Source of the DNA: Octopus bimaculoides
Taxonomy: Eukaryota
DNA length: 64,000 nucleotides
Assembly: GCF_001194135.2 (NCBI RefSeq)
Contig: NC_068983.1
Location: 42,496,189-42,560,188 of the forward strand
Reading direction: 5' to 3'
The notes below the pieces were generated by a model. The model did no database searches. It was given only the letters and a program-made list of their open reading frames with translations, and was not told the origin of the DNA. Shown piece after piece: positions 62,961 to 64,000 of the stretch (within the stretch, counting starts at the first letter, position 1; each line of letters starts with the position of its first letter). Position numbers and translations under genes: made by a program.

Positions 62961-63699
62961 TAACAACAACAACAACAACAAATATACAGATTCATTTTTT
63001 TTTTCTTTTATAGATTGTAGATAAGCATGGGTATTTATATTAAATTAGGTGAAATAAAGAAGATACGGTCTTCAAGCTTTGTCTTAATCAGGATCGTTTA
63101 GAAGTGTGTTGCTGCTTTCCACAACATAGTATTCACCCATGTTGCAAATGACCTCTGTATGTCACGCAATCTCATTTCTGTCTCACCTTCCACCTCTGAT
63201 ATAAACACAACACTTTTTATTATGCTTTGCCTGTCGCATACATAATAGCAGGTTTCTTTATTTTACTTTATTTACACACAGATATGAAGTGTGGAAGATT
63301 TCGGAGAGATTTCTAACCGTTTGCAATATAATATAGGTAGACTAGAACATTAGGTAGATTGTCAGGCCAAAAAAAAAATAAATAAATAAAAAGGAACAAT
63401 GCAACACGTTTCCTTGTATTATGTTTAGCCGTGATTCTCTGCATTCTGATTTCAAATCTTGCCAAGGTCAACTTTGTTTTGAATGTGTTTCGGTGGGAGG
63501 AAATAAAGTAAATATACCAGTGTGCTTTGTGTGTGGCTTTAGCGAGCCTGTTAGAGAACTGATGTTAGCAGAGAAGGAAGAGGAAATAGTAGCAAACAGG
63601 GAATTTGAAACAAAATTAGAGATGAAAACAATAACGGAATGAATGGTGGTGATGGGGATGGTGAGGGACACGTTGAAAAACAACAACAATAACAACAAC

Positions 63700-64000
63700 A
63701 AATCCTTTCTATTATAGGCACAAAGCCTGAAAATTGCAGGGTGGGAGAGGGTTAGACAAATACATCAACCCCAGCGGAATTTGAACTTATAATAATAATA
63801 ATAAAGATACAACAATGCTGATGGTGATTTCTTACACAGAAAGGTCTAAACATTAAGAGAAAGGGGAGAGTTGATTATATCGACCCAGTATTTTATCAAT
63901 ATATAATAATAATCTTTTTTTCCCCCCTACTCTAGGCACAAGGCCCGGAATTTTTAGAAAGGGGGCCAGTCGATTACATCGACCCCAGAATGCAACTGGT
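63700..64000 (-). mobile_element. Family C SINE fragments; the last runs off the window
   Basis: AGGCACAAAGCCTGAAA and CTCTAGGCACAAGGCCCGGAATTT...GATTACATCGACCCCAG. Confidence 0.75.

Noticed and set aside
741-63701. The supplied six-frame ORFs as genes
   Set aside because: They are microsatellite translations (YIYI, CVCV, HTHT), N-gap read-throughs or SINE/LINE frames. None shows a recognisable cellular domain; the 31170-31352 ORF is the LINE-derived tandem repeat.

Overview
AT-rich, microsatellite- and SINE-dense eukaryotic DNA from a gapped scaffold assembly (14 N-runs). The repeat families look like those of octopus (coleoid cephalopod) genomes; this is recalled family resemblance, not a search result. 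Only one protein-coding exon is supported: 59 nt on the minus strand (3608-3550), encoding (A)SYTGSSSEEEDINPKDKVQ, part of the serine-rich IRBIT domain of AHCYL1/2 (S-adenosylhomocysteine hydrolase-like). I found neither the exon before nor the exon after it, so the rest of the window is probably intron or upstream sequence of that gene. It is filled with several tRNA-derived SINE families that share heads and tails, RTE-type LINE remnants, TTAA-flanked, hAT-like and Tigger-like MITEs, and microsatellites. Repeat boundaries are approximate unless a TSD or TIR is quoted; family letters are my own labels. The most notable non-repeat signals are two RFX X-box motifs near the IRBIT exon (one paired with a CCAAT box), four long fold-back elements, and head-to-tail SINE arrays built on (AAT)n tracts. 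I found no clear novel multi-gene system. The supplied ORFs are otherwise microsatellite, N-gap or repeat artefacts.
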